A stretch of 43,761 bases of DNA, from IMG/VR virus record IMGVR_UViG_3300048901_000044, positions 1-43,761 of that record; one strand, 5' to 3'. The notes beneath the pieces are model-generated. The model worked only from the letters and a program-made list of their open reading frames with translations, was not told where the DNA came from and did no database searches. Both the position numbers and the translations under genes were made by a program. The first letter of the stretch is position 1. Every line of letters begins with the position of its first letter. This document shows positions 18,357 through 27,676 of the stretch, one piece after another. Source of the stretch: a virus (taxonomy: Duplodnaviria > Caudoviricetes).

Positions 18357-19049
18357 TCAACGCACTCGCAGCACGAAGACCGGCTGGGCCTTGCTGGCCG
18401 TCCCTTCCGGGTAGTACCACTTCTCGTACTCGGGCGGCCCGGCCATGTTGAACACGGGCTTGGCCTCAGCCGACACGGAGCTATAGATGATGTCGTAGAT
18501 GCCCGCCGCCGTACCCGGGATGTTCAACGCCAGCATGACCGCATCCACGGCATGGCCGTTGTACTGGTTCTGGCCCGGCTCCTTCGCAATGTGCCCCCAG
18601 TACGGTGAGGATTCTTCGTGCAGCGCCCGGGCGCAATTCTCGGTAAACAGCCCACACCCCTCATGCGTCCACAACTGGGGATGGGTCTCGGCGTACACCC
18701 GGTTGATAATATCCAACGGGTTCGGCGGCCCAGTCGGCGGCGGCGTGGTACCCGGCGGCGGAGCCCCTGTCGCCTGCAAGTGCGAATCATCCACTTGCAG
18801 CCTCGCCGTCTTCGTGTCGGGGTCCAGCATCAGGAACCCCCGCAGGGTGAGCGGAAAGTACCCCTCTGCGGATTGTTCCAGTGCCGCCCCCTGTCCGTTC
18901 GGTACCGTGTCCGGCACCTGACACGCCATCCCCTGCCGCCCGGTCGGCGGGTGCGTATACGGCGTACACTGGTACACCCCGCCCACATCCGGCTTCAACA
19001 CCAAACTCCCCGCCAACGGGTCCGGGTAATACGCGAACTCATACGCCAT
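18357..19049 (-). CDS. Two-domain protein, candidate cell-wall hydrolase
   Basis: AAAGGAG RBS before the ATG at 19049 (alternative start 19154); proline linker; lies directly upstream of the membrane genes. Confidence 0.5.
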   Translation of the reverse strand: MAYEFAYYPDPLAGSLVLKPDVGGVYQCTPYTHPPTGRQGMACQVPDTVPNGQGAALEQSAEGYFPLTLRGFLMLDPDTKTARLQVDDSHLQATGAPPPGTTPPPTGPPNPLDIINRVYAETHPQLWTHEGCGLFTENCARALHEESSPYWGHIAKEPGQNQYNGHAVDAVMLALNIPGTAAGIYDIIYSSVSAEAKPVFNMAGPPEYEKWYYPEGTASKAQPVFVLRVR

Positions 19050-19153
19050 ACCGCTCTCCTTTGCCTGCTTGTGAGGCCCCTCAGGCCGCTGTGGCCCTGC
19101 TGTGAACTTCGGCTTCTCCCCTGCGTGAGGGTCTGCCCTTCGTTTGCTCGGCA

Positions 19154-19822
19154 TTAGCCACCTGCCAGCAGCGCCAGCTCCAAGTCGGCGGCTGACTGGG
19201 GCTTGACCCCGGCCAGTACCATGGCCTTGAGCTGCGCGATTTGCTGCACCAAGGCGTACACGTCGCTGGTGCTCTGCCCACCGTTCAGCTCGTGGAGAAT
19301 GAGGTGCAGGTTGGGCAGGACCATGCGCTGGTCCACGGTGTCCTTGGGGACCCAGATCCACAGCTCCTCTTTACCCCCGACTGCGGAGGGCCGCTTGATC
19401 ACGGCTCGCCACGCCCCGCCGCGTACTTCCCTCGGGGCGGTAATGGCGTTGTAGGCGTCGATCTCCGCCGGGGTGAGGGCGTCTTCCTGCTCCTCCGCGC
19501 CACAGAAGTACGTCAACCGGGTGAGCTTCGGCTTGGGCCGCGCAATGTCGCCTTCCGGGTAGCTGAACACACTGATGTGTGGGTGGGTCGCATTCTCGGG
19601 CCACTTGGCCTTCCGCGCCAGTTCGGCGGTCGCCTCGCCCTGCTGCTTCAAGATGTCCGACAGGGCCCCCTTATCCAGCCCCACGTTCTTGATAGCCTCG
19701 GCAAACTGCGCCATGACCTGCATGAAGTCCTGCGCCGTGATGGTCCCACCCGCTGGCAGTCCCGTCGCTGCTGGGGCCGGACCCGGTACCGCCACCCCGT
19801 CTTCTGCCTTCTTGTCAGCCAC
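19154..19822 (-). CDS. Hypothetical morphogenesis protein
   Basis: AAGGAG RBS; long ORF in the structural operon. Confidence 0.6.
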   Translation of the reverse strand: MADKKAEDGVAVPGPAPAATGLPAGGTITAQDFMQVMAQFAEAIKNVGLDKGALSDILKQQGEATAELARKAKWPENATHPHISVFSYPEGDIARPKPKLTRLTYFCGAEEQEDALTPAEIDAYNAITAPREVRGGAWRAVIKRPSAVGGKEELWIWVPKDTVDQRMVLPNLHLILHELNGGQSTSDVYALVQQIAQLKAMVLAGVKPQSAADLELALLAGG

Positions 19823-19825
19823 TTG

Positions 19826-20155
19826 CTACTCCTTTGGAATGGTCTTGAGCCATTCCCATGTGTCCACCGCCGCCCGTGAGGCTCTCGGGGTCCACGGGGT
19901 CAGGTTGGCGTACCCGCTGAGCAGGTCGAACTCCTCGACCGTCAGCTCCACCCGGGGCTCATCCGCCGAGAGCACCCGCTGCTCCGGGTTGCCGTTGACC
20001 GCCATGCTGATGCTGTCAAACGAGTCGAACAGCCGCGCCTCGCGCCGGATGGTGATGGGGGACCGGTCGCCCTTGCCATCCCCACCTGTCAGCAGGGCCG
20101 CGTACAGGATTTCAAATCGCTTCTCGCCATTGGGGCCGGTAAACGAGAGCATCAT
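19826..20155 (-). CDS. Hypothetical protein (tail assembly chaperone-like)
   Basis: Small helical protein downstream of the fibre genes. Confidence 0.5.
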   Translation of the reverse strand: MMLSFTGPNGEKRFEILYAALLTGGDGKGDRSPITIRREARLFDSFDSISMAVNGNPEQRVLSADEPRVELTVEEFDLLSGYANLTPWTPRASRAAVDTWEWLKTIPKE

Positions 20156-20649
20156 TTCGCACCTGCCGGAATCATCGGGTTCGGGAAGGGGATATTGGCT
20201 GGCAGTTGAACCAGTGGCGGCGGGAGCCGCTGGGGCCGGGTCCCCGGGGGCGGGAACTTGGGAGCCTCGCCCTCCTTGATCACGGTCCCGCCCTGTGCGC
20301 TAATCACCACCCCGATCTGCAGTAAGGCCGCAGGCCGGTTCTCCTCGGGGATGGTCGCCAGCGAGTACACCAAGGCATTGTTGATGTCCCGCAGCAGGGT
20401 GCTGATCATGGGATTCAGCGTCCAGATGTCCACCTGCTCCTGCAGAAACTCCGCCTGCGTGATAGGCGTCGGCAGCACAGGCACCGTCCCCTGCGTCCCC
20501 GGCCCCGGTTTGTCGCCAATCCCCGGTAGTTGCCCAGTACCCGGCAGTTGCCCAGTACCCGGGAGCTGGGGCGCAATGACCCGGTTGTTGTAGGCGTAGA
20601 CCAGTGCCGCCTCTTGGTCCTCGGTCGTCGTAATCGTATAGCTCGCCAT
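20152..20649 (-). CDS. Hypothetical tail-fibre-associated protein
   Basis: Start MASYTITT lies 2 nt after the upstream stop; tandem QLPG(T/I)G x3. Confidence 0.55.
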   Translation of the reverse strand: MASYTITTTEDQEAALVYAYNNRVIAPQLPGTGQLPGTGQLPGIGDKPGPGTQGTVPVLPTPITQAEFLQEQVDIWTLNPMISTLLRDINNALVYSLATIPEENRPAALLQIGVVISAQGGTVIKEGEAPKFPPPGTRPQRLPPPLVQLPANIPFPNPMIPAGAK

Positions 20650-20651
20650 AA

Positions 20652-21437
20652 TCAATCCATTCCCAGCCAGAAGCCTGCCGCTGCCGGTCTGAAGGAGAAC
20701 CAGCCGCTGGCGGTGAAGTAATGCGTCTGCCACCCGCTCGTCACGTCTACCACTCCGCCACTACCAATAGCGGCCCCGGCGTTGAACCGGATGTAGACGA
20801 TGCCTTGATACCCGCCACCGCCCAGCCCTTGGAACCGGTCGCCGCCGCCGCCCCCGCCGAAGTACGTCGCCGGGCCGCCACTGCCTGCGTTCGTGGCCCC
20901 GTCACCGCCACCGTGAACGCCCGCTCCGCCTTGGCTGATGGCCCCGCCGCCGCCACCACCGCCGTAGAAGGCCCCGGTAATAAGCGTACTCTGGACGCCT
21001 GCGCCCCCGGAGCCGCCGACGCCACTCGCAGGGGCCGCGTTCCCCACTGCCCCGGAACCACCCCCGGCCCCGGCGGCATTGGTGTTCGCATAGCCTCCGA
21101 CGTACCCGGAAGTCGCCCCACCGGGCTGACCGCCGCCACCGGACCCGCCACCGGTCCACCCGGTCCCGGCGGTGAAGTTCCCGTCATTGGCCGTTGACCC
21201 AGCCCCCCCGCCTCCGCCCCCCGCGCAGTTGAGGACGTTGAACACGGAGTTGCCGCCATTGGCCCCGTTGCAGCCGTCTACCGGGCCACCCCCCGCGCCG
21301 ACCGTGACGAAGTGGTCACCGAAGGGCAGGTCCACGTACCCTTCCCAGACTTGGCCGCCGCCGCCACCGCCTGCGTCCGACCCCCACGAGGTCCCGCCAC
21401 CACCGCCCCCGGCCACACAGAGAACAATGACGACCAC
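20652..21437 (-). CDS. Glycine-rich tail fibre / receptor-binding protein
   Basis: VAGGGGGG...GGGGGG repeats and GGYQGIVYIRF, typical of glycine-rich phage tail domains. Confidence 0.7.
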   Translation of the reverse strand: MVVIVLCVAGGGGGGTSWGSDAGGGGGGQVWEGYVDLPFGDHFVTVGAGGGPVDGCNGANGGNSVFNVLNCAGGGGGGAGSTANDGNFTAGTGWTGGGSGGGGQPGGATSGYVGGYANTNAAGAGGGSGAVGNAAPASGVGGSGGAGVQSTLITGAFYGGGGGGGAISQGGAGVHGGGDGATNAGSGGPATYFGGGGGGDRFQGLGGGGYQGIVYIRFNAGAAIGSGGVVDVTSGWQTHYFTASGWFSFRPAAAGFWLGMD

Positions 21438-23345
21438 TTACGGCTCCGTGACCGCTGACAGCATCATCCAGAGCCCATAGAAGGCGTTATACCGGAACGC
21501 GCACCACGTCGTCTTGGCCGGGGCCACCGTGGCACTCGGCAGGGGCGTGGCACAGCAGGAGTAGTACGCTGACTGCCAGTAGATGGGCACGGCCCCGCCT
21601 TGGTCACGGAACCGGATAATCAGACTGGCCCCGTCCGTCCCGTTCACCGGGTTCACGAAGGTGGTCCCCACGTTGAGCTGATCGACCGTCCACATATCCG
21701 CGACGTTCAAATCCGGGTACACACCCTGAGCCGCCCCACCTGCCCAGACACGCGGCGGGTTGAAGCCATAAATCGGCCCCGCCACATTGAGCCCACCCGC
21801 CAGATAGAGCCCGGTATTACTGTACAGGCCATAGCTTGAGTGGCTGGCGAGGTACCACGTCGTCTGGGGCTGCCCGTTGGTAATCTGCCCGGGGTACAAG
21901 ACCCCCGCGTTGTAGATGTACGTCGCTGAGTAGATCGGACCTGCGAAGGTCGAGACTTGGGCCCCAGTAACAGTGATGCCTACCGTAAAGTTCGTGGCCC
22001 CACACGTCAGGTCGGCCAGATTGTTGCCCCCGACTGCCGCAGTGATGGCCCCTGCGGAAATGGTGATACCACCGCTCGCCACCACAATGCCGCCGGTTAC
22101 ATTGATGCCCCCTGCGTGCAGGACCCTGAGCGGCGTTTGCAGGACTGCCGTGGCCGCGTCATTCAGGACATCGAAATTGATGCTGCCCTGCGAGCCCCAG
22201 ATACGGTTCTTCTTCGCATCGACGGGTCCCGTCGTGTCCTCAAACTGGATGAGGGCCACACCGTTGTCGCTGACCACATGGATCTGGGGGTACAACCCAT
22301 TTGCCGTCAGGTTACTGACCGTGACCATGCCCGTACGGTCCAACGCCAGCACGTTCGCCACAAACGCGCCTGCGTCACTCTGGGTCTGAAAATAGAGCGA
22401 TCCATCCGTGTCGAAGTTGAGGATATTCCACCGACGCGCATTCACGGGCAGGGTCGTGTTGACGATTGCCAACGAGGGATTGGTCCCCATCGTAATCGTT
22501 TGTGACTGCGTGAACACGTTCCCCTGATTGACCCATGCCGCACTGACCAGTTCGTCTATCCCGCCGACTTGGTGGGAGAGCTGGTGGGGCTGGGTGATGC
22601 CTTGCGGCCCTTGCGGACCAGCAGGCCCTGTGGCTCCATCGACACCATCGGTCCCATCGGTCCCATTGGTCCCGGGAGTACCCGGGATACCCTGTGGTCC
22701 CTGTGGTCCTGTGGCTCCGGGGGTACCGGGAGTACCGGGAGTCCCCGCTGGTCCTGCGGGTCCCTGCAACGGCCCCGCGTCGAACCACAGGATCTTGACG
22801 GTGTCCCAGATCCAGATGTGCTGGGTGTCGTCGGTAATCCACGCCTCGCCCAGTGAGCCCGTGGTCGGTAGGGCGGCGGCATTGGGGACGTGGCCCTTGA
22901 TGGTGATCGCCGTAGCCGGTGGTCCTGCTGGGCCTACCGCTCCCGGGGGTCCCGGGGGCCCGAGGTTCCCGGGCGCACCCGTGGCTCCTGTGGGTCCTAT
23001 GGGTCCCGTGGCTCCCACCGGCCCCGGGTCGCCCTGCGGCCCCACAATGCTCTGCCCGTCGTTCCCCGGCGCACCAGTCGGCCCCAGTGGTCCGGGGGGT
23101 CCCGGCGGTCCCGGGGGGCCGTCAGGGCCAGTCCCAGCAGGCCCCGGGGGGCCTTGAGGACCGGGAGGGGATTGGGGCAAGTTGGCAAAGGAGCCATCGG
23201 GATTGAGCGTGACGGTACTGAGAATCAGCCGCCGACACACCTCGGCTTCCAGCGCCGATTCTTCCTCGGCCTCAATCGTCGCCGCCCCGCCGCTCGGCGT
23301 CAGCATGGACTGATACAGCGCCCTGCGCCACAGGTCGTAACTCAC
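21438..23345 (-). CDS. Collagen-repeat tail fibre protein
   Basis: Two G-X-Y tracts and a beta-rich C-terminal region. GTG start at 23345 overlaps the upstream TGA. Confidence 0.8.
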   Translation of the reverse strand: MSYDLWRRALYQSMLTPSGGAATIEAEEESALEAEVCRRLILSTVTLNPDGSFANLPQSPPGPQGPPGPAGTGPDGPPGPPGPPGPLGPTGAPGNDGQSIVGPQGDPGPVGATGPIGPTGATGAPGNLGPPGPPGAVGPAGPPATAITIKGHVPNAAALPTTGSLGEAWITDDTQHIWIWDTVKILWFDAGPLQGPAGPAGTPGTPGTPGATGPQGPQGIPGTPGTNGTDGTDGVDGATGPAGPQGPQGITQPHQLSHQVGGIDELVSAAWVNQGNVFTQSQTITMGTNPSLAIVNTTLPVNARRWNILNFDTDGSLYFQTQSDAGAFVANVLALDRTGMVTVSNLTANGLYPQIHVVSDNGVALIQFEDTTGPVDAKKNRIWGSQGSINFDVLNDAATAVLQTPLRVLHAGGINVTGGIVVASGGITISAGAITAAVGGNNLADLTCGATNFTVGITVTGAQVSTFAGPIYSATYIYNAGVLYPGQITNGQPQTTWYLASHSSYGLYSNTGLYLAGGLNVAGPIYGFNPPRVWAGGAAQGVYPDLNVADMWTVDQLNVGTTFVNPVNGTDGASLIIRFRDQGGAVPIYWQSAYYSCCATPLPSATVAPAKTTWCAFRYNAFYGLWMMLSAVTEP

Positions 23346-23716
23346 GGCTGGACCTCCATGGTCAAGGCTTGGACTTGCTGCAACAGCGTTTTCAACTCGG
23401 TCAGCTTGGTCTGGGCGACTTCCGAGTGCATCCGGTACTGGTCGAACCACGCCCACACGTCGTCCCACGTCGGGACAATGGGTTCCTGCGGGAACAGCGC
23501 CAGCTCGTACTGGGTCAGGCCATCAGAGTCCGGTATCCCGGGGGCAAGGCAAATGGCTTGGTATTGCCAGCCAATGGTCATGCGCTCCTGCTGCTCGTAC
23601 CGGACGCCCTTGACCACAAGCTGCCGCTCCCGCAGCACCAGCGGGTAGTCGTACCGCACCCGTCCGACCGGTGCGCCCTGCTCGTTGGTCAGGTAGATCC
23701 AGCCCACCGAGTCCAT
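23342..23716 (-). CDS. Hypothetical protein
   Basis: Abuts both neighbours. Confidence 0.55.
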   Translation of the reverse strand: MDSVGWIYLTNEQGAPVGRVRYDYPLVLRERQLVVKGVRYEQQERMTIGWQYQAICLAPGIPDSDGLTQYELALFPQEPIVPTWDDVWAWFDQYRMHSEVAQTKLTELKTLLQQVQALTMEVQP

Positions 23717-24343
23717 CTACGTGGCCCGGTACAGCCAGTCGCCCTTGTCGTTCTCGCTGACGTGCTCGTAGACCTTCCCGGTGGCATCCCGCACTTGGAA
23801 GCTCAGACCTTGGCCCGGGGGGACCATGACGTGGGACCCGTCTTCCAGCGGCAGGGGCACGGCTTCCGCCGGGGGCTCGGCAGGCGTCGGGGTCGTAATC
23901 TCCCCTTCCGTGGGGGCCGCGTACGACGGGTCAGTAACGACGGTCGCGTCGGGCGGGGCCACTACTTGGTCCCCGAGCTTGGGCTTGGTCACGGTCTCCT
24001 CCGCTACGAGTAAGAGATACTGCTTATCGGGCCGGTCCTTGTAACTCGACCCGGCGTACACATCCAGCTCCACCTTCGGGTCGTCCAGCGGCTCCTGCGC
24101 CCGGTGCGCGGCCTGCTGCAACAACGTGGCAGCCACTTCCCGGTAGTCCACCTGATGCCCCGGCGGGACCAGTACCGCCACATCCCTGCCGTCCCACGTC
24201 CCAATCAGCAGCAGCCCGAGGGGCACCAGTTCAACGCGAAATTGCGTCGGTCTCCGTCCAAGTGCCGCACACGAATCGACAATCTGGCGAACCAGTGCGT
24301 CGGCTTCGACACGAGAAACCCGGGCTCCTGCTGACTGGGACAC
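23717..24343 (-). CDS. Hypothetical protein
   Basis: Long ORF in the structural operon. Confidence 0.55.
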   Translation of the reverse strand: MSQSAGARVSRVEADALVRQIVDSCAALGRRPTQFRVELVPLGLLLIGTWDGRDVAVLVPPGHQVDYREVAATLLQQAAHRAQEPLDDPKVELDVYAGSSYKDRPDKQYLLLVAEETVTKPKLGDQVVAPPDATVVTDPSYAAPTEGEITTPTPAEPPAEAVPLPLEDGSHVMVPPGQGLSFQVRDATGKVYEHVSENDKGDWLYRAT

Positions 24344-24353
24344 GGTACCGGTG

Positions 24354-25085
24354 CTAGTGCAGAATCAGGTCCACGAGGCAGTTCTTGGTACTGACCCCGG
24401 GCTGCTGCATGTAGCCGATGGCCGCGCTCGTCACCAAGTTGGTGGTGGTGATGGCGTCCACGCCCCCAATGACGGAGGCCGAGTTGGTGACAGCGGTCCC
24501 CACGTTGGGCGAGCCGTTGGTCAGGACCGAGGCCATACCGCGTGTCTGGAGCCAGCCGTACTGCCCGGCGGGAATGACACTGACCGGGACGCCGACCACT
24601 TTGGCCGTTAGCGCCACCGGGCAGACAATCACGCCCTTGTAGGGGTGCTGACGGAGACCCACTCGGCTGGCCGTGGTGAGCGCGACCTGAATCGGGTCCA
24701 CGAGGTTCAGCGTGAAGGGTACGCTGGCCGTGATGGGACCGTGGCCGGACACTTGGTACAGGTACCCGTTGCCCGGGGCCGTGTCCACCTGCAGGTAGCC
24801 CTCGGCGTACAGGTTGGCCGCACCAGCCGCCACACCCGGGGTGTAGATGAAGCTGGTGTCGCCTACGTTGACGACGGGAGGGGTGTTGCTCAGGTGCTGA
24901 ACGACTTGCTGGTCGGACTGGTACACGGACCCGGCGACGGTCGGGACCACACCCACTAGCCCGTAGCGAAAGCCGCGTCCGTCGTTGGTCTCGCCGTAGG
25001 TCCCCAGCCGGTGGCCTTGGGTGACGGACCCGTTGAAGGTATCGTGTGCCCACATGGTGGGCGGGTAGGTCAGATTCTTGCTCAT
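24354..25085 (-). CDS. Capsid cement / decoration-like protein
   Basis: Directly after the MCP; HRLGT....DGR.FRY and AGQYGWLQTRG motifs. Confidence 0.65.
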   Translation of the reverse strand: MSKNLTYPPTMWAHDTFNGSVTQGHRLGTYGETNDGRGFRYGLVGVVPTVAGSVYQSDQQVVQHLSNTPPVVNVGDTSFIYTPGVAAGAANLYAEGYLQVDTAPGNGYLYQVSGHGPITASVPFTLNLVDPIQVALTTASRVGLRQHPYKGVIVCPVALTAKVVGVPVSVIPAGQYGWLQTRGMASVLTNGSPNVGTAVTNSASVIGGVDAITTTNLVTSAAIGYMQQPGVSTKNCLVDLILH

Positions 25086-25197
25086 CAGAGGCTCCTGACG
25101 TTAACTGTGGAACATCGGCTGACGAGCGGTGCTACCCGGCCCGTCAGCCTTAGTCCCCATGGCTCGTTTCAGTGAATCGGTCGAACGCGACGAGGGT

Positions 25198-26175
25198 CTA
25201 CGAGATACCGGTGATCACGCCCAGACGGCGCGAGTTGTTGGTGCCCATGTTGGCGAAGGTCGCCACTTTGTGGACGTTGGCGAGCTGGTTCGCCGGGTCC
25301 ACCTTCGGGTACATCTTCATCCAGCCGCCCGCGAGGTAGTTCAGCTTGAGGTTCTTGTTGTTGAACCAGTACATGTTGCCAGCGGGTGCCGCTTCGTCGT
25401 AGGAGCCCGGGGCCCCCTTGAACATCAGCAGCGTGTTGCGGATACCCGCATCAGCCCCCTGCTTCTTGTCCTGATACTCGATGCGCTCGTTGGCGATGAG
25501 GATCGACTCGTACCCTTCAAACGTGGTGCGGTCGCACATCCACGCAGACGGTGTCTCCTCGACGCCCCCGCGAGAGCACTGGTTGTAGATGGACCGCATG
25601 GCGGCCCTCAGGTTGTCGAAGGCGGTGGCCGACTTGGTACCGCTGGTCTGCTTGTTGCGCCAGAAGGAGAAGGTCCCCCGGTTGATCTGGCCGACACTGC
25701 CCGTGGTGGGTGTGGCACTGATGATGAGCTGGATACCGCCGATGTCTTGGGAACCGTTGCCGGTGCCGTCCGACCACATCTGCCGGTTGAGGTTGGCGAT
25801 GTGCGAATTGCGCCCGTTCTCCAGCTTGTCGGCAATGAGGTCGTACTTGCCGCTGCTGGCCTGCGCCCGGAGCCGTTCCAGTTCCGAATAGACCACGGTC
25901 CCGGCGGCGATTTTCCAATCGAACCGGGCCGCGTCGAACACGCTGATGCGCGTGGTGTCGAGGGTTTCGAGTTCGCCGTACGACTTGAACGTGGTGTTCT
26001 CGGCGTATTCGAGGCCGAACTCGATCAGGCGTCCACCGTCAGCTTCTTCCTTGAAGCCGTCCTCACCGAGGAAGTAGAACAGGGCATTCGACAGGAAGAC
26101 GTTGTCTTCCGGCTTCTTGCCGAACTTCTGTTCCCAGACGGTGGCAGCCACTTCTCCGAGGTTGGGGTCTGCCAT
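25198..26175 (-). CDS. Major capsid protein
   Basis: 325 aa after the scaffold; DNVF..N.L, GG..I...LEY, MWSDGTG and C-terminal N.RRLGVI HK97-type patterns. Confidence 0.85.
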   Translation of the reverse strand: MADPNLGEVAATVWEQKFGKKPEDNVFLSNALFYFLGEDGFKEEADGGRLIEFGLEYAENTTFKSYGELETLDTTRISVFDAARFDWKIAAGTVVYSELERLRAQASSGKYDLIADKLENGRNSHIANLNRQMWSDGTGNGSQDIGGIQLIISATPTTGSVGQINRGTFSFWRNKQTSGTKSATAFDNLRAAMRSIYNQCSRGGVEETPSAWMCDRTTFEGYESILIANERIEYQDKKQGADAGIRNTLLMFKGAPGSYDEAAPAGNMYWFNNKNLKLNYLAGGWMKMYPKVDPANQLANVHKVATFANMGTNNSRRLGVITGIS

Positions 26176-26202
26176 TGGGTTGTCTCTAGGTTTCAGCCGC
26201 CA

Positions 26203-27081
26203 CTACCGGCCAAACCCGCGCTTCTGCATTTCACGCCGGAACAGGTCACGAAGCGGTACTTTGCTCAGTTTTTCACCTGTGGCGGGAGAGGCTGACGCGG
26301 GGTTGCTGGTGGTGGCGGCGACTTTCTGTTGTAGCTCGTCTTGGATCGCCTTCCGCTCCAGTTCACGCATCTTCGGCAGGACGACACGGTTGTACGCGCC
26401 CTCCAGTGATAAGCGCCGGTCTCGGCGCATTTCGTTGAAGATGGCTCGCTGGTGGCTGTTGAAGTGCGGCCACTTGGCGGCTTCATCCAGTTGCTGCTGC
26501 GCCTGCTGCCTCGTCTGGGTCAGCTCCCGCTCAGCCTCCAAGGGCTTGATGCGGGCCTCCACCTGCTCCCGGTTCCAGTCTACTAAGCGGTCAGCCTGTG
26601 CTGCCGAGTAGAATAGCTCCCCGGTATCCGCCACGCGGCGATCCGGCAGGGGCCTACCCGTTCTGGGGTCATGGAGATAGCTGGGGGCTTGTGGCGGTGG
26701 TGGCGGAGCCTGCTGCTGCTGGGGCTTGAGGTGCCCACCCCGGGTCAGCTCACTGGTGATGAAGTTGTACGCCCCCTCTGGATCGGTGTCGAACCAGTTC
26801 CAGAGGTCGGTGGCCTGCTTGACCGTGGTGGCATCCTGCCCCTCGGCCCACTTCACGGCGTTGTACCGGGAGTTCACATCATTGAAGCGATCCCACGGTA
26901 CCGGCCCGTTGTCGGCAGGCGATCCGGTTCCTGTTCCCTGCCCACTGGGGAGCGACTGCGGGGCTCCACCCGACGCGCCAGAGGAAGGGGGTGCGGAGGT
27001 AGGCGAGCCTCCAGAGGGTGCGGGACTACTAGCCCCTGCCCCGCCGCCTGCGCCAGCGGCTTCCGAAGAAAAGTCGGCCAT
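26203..27081 (-). CDS. Capsid scaffolding protein
   Basis: Disordered N-terminus, VPWDRFNDVN motif and coiled coil; between portal and MCP. Confidence 0.7.
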   Translation of the reverse strand: MADFSSEAAGAGGGAGASSPAPSGGSPTSAPPSSGASGGAPQSLPSGQGTGTGSPADNGPVPWDRFNDVNSRYNAVKWAEGQDATTVKQATDLWNWFDTDPEGAYNFITSELTRGGHLKPQQQQAPPPPPQAPSYLHDPRTGRPLPDRRVADTGELFYSAAQADRLVDWNREQVEARIKPLEAERELTQTRQQAQQQLDEAAKWPHFNSHQRAIFNEMRRDRRLSLEGAYNRVVLPKMRELERKAIQDELQQKVAATTSNPASASPATGEKLSKVPLRDLFRREMQKRGFGR

Positions 27082-27098
27082 TGTGTGCGGTCCTTATA

Positions 27099-27380
27099 TC
27101 ACAAAGTCGAGCCGCTGTACGTGCGGAGCTTGCACCGGCACTTGATCACGATCTGGGTGGCGGTGACGTGGGCCTCACAGCCGTCGTGCCGCTGCCCATT
27201 CCAGCAGTCTTGGCAGTACAGGGCCTCGCGCAAGTGGTACTTGGCAAGGAACTTCTTGTACTGCCGAAGCAACTGGGCGTCCTTGGGGTCGATGAGAATA
27301 CCCTCAATGGTCGCCGGGTTCCCGTCCGGGGTCAGGATGAAGCTCTGGGTCTTTTCCGGCATCAGTACCACTTCGCACAA
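27099..27380 (-). CDS. Small Cys-rich protein
   Basis: CQDC...C...CRC. Confidence 0.55.
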   Translation of the reverse strand: MCEVVLMPEKTQSFILTPDGNPATIEGILIDPKDAQLLRQYKKFLAKYHLREALYCQDCWNGQRHDGCEAHVTATQIVIKCRCKLRTYSGSTL

Positions 27381-27676
27381 TTCGGGTTCTTGTCGCTGTC
27401 CTGCCGGGGGACATGGTGGTCCCGGGTCTTGAGGCCACGGGCCGCTAACTCGTCCCGGTACTCGGACTTGGAGTAGAACCGACGCGGGACCTTGTCGAGG
27501 TTCTCAATCACAAACCCGCCCGGGACCGAGTCAGGAATGACGTTGGGCATCGAGGCCATGCGCTCCATGGCGGTGTGACCACACCTGTCACAGGGTTGCA
27601 GGGAGTCGCGGCTCGGTACCAAGTGCTCGGTCTGGAACGCGCAGGCCGGACACATGTAGTTGTACATCGGCATCAC
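27362..27676 (-). CDS. FmdB-like zinc-ribbon protein
   Basis: MPMYNYMCPAC...CDRCG...MER. Confidence 0.75.
   Translation of the reverse strand: MMPMYNYMCPACAFQTEHLVPSRDSLQPCDRCGHTAMERMASMPNVIPDSVPGGFVIENLDKVPRRFYSKSEYRDELAARGLKTRDHHVPRQDSDKNPNCAKWY

Noticed and set aside
25117-25175. Hammerhead ribozyme (CTGACGA seen)
   Set aside because: There is no stem II followed by GAAA in the required arrangement.
25129-26295. Long antisense ORFs (this one, 34882-35607, 42098-42895 and others)
   Set aside because: They are shadow frames expected opposite genes in high-GC DNA.
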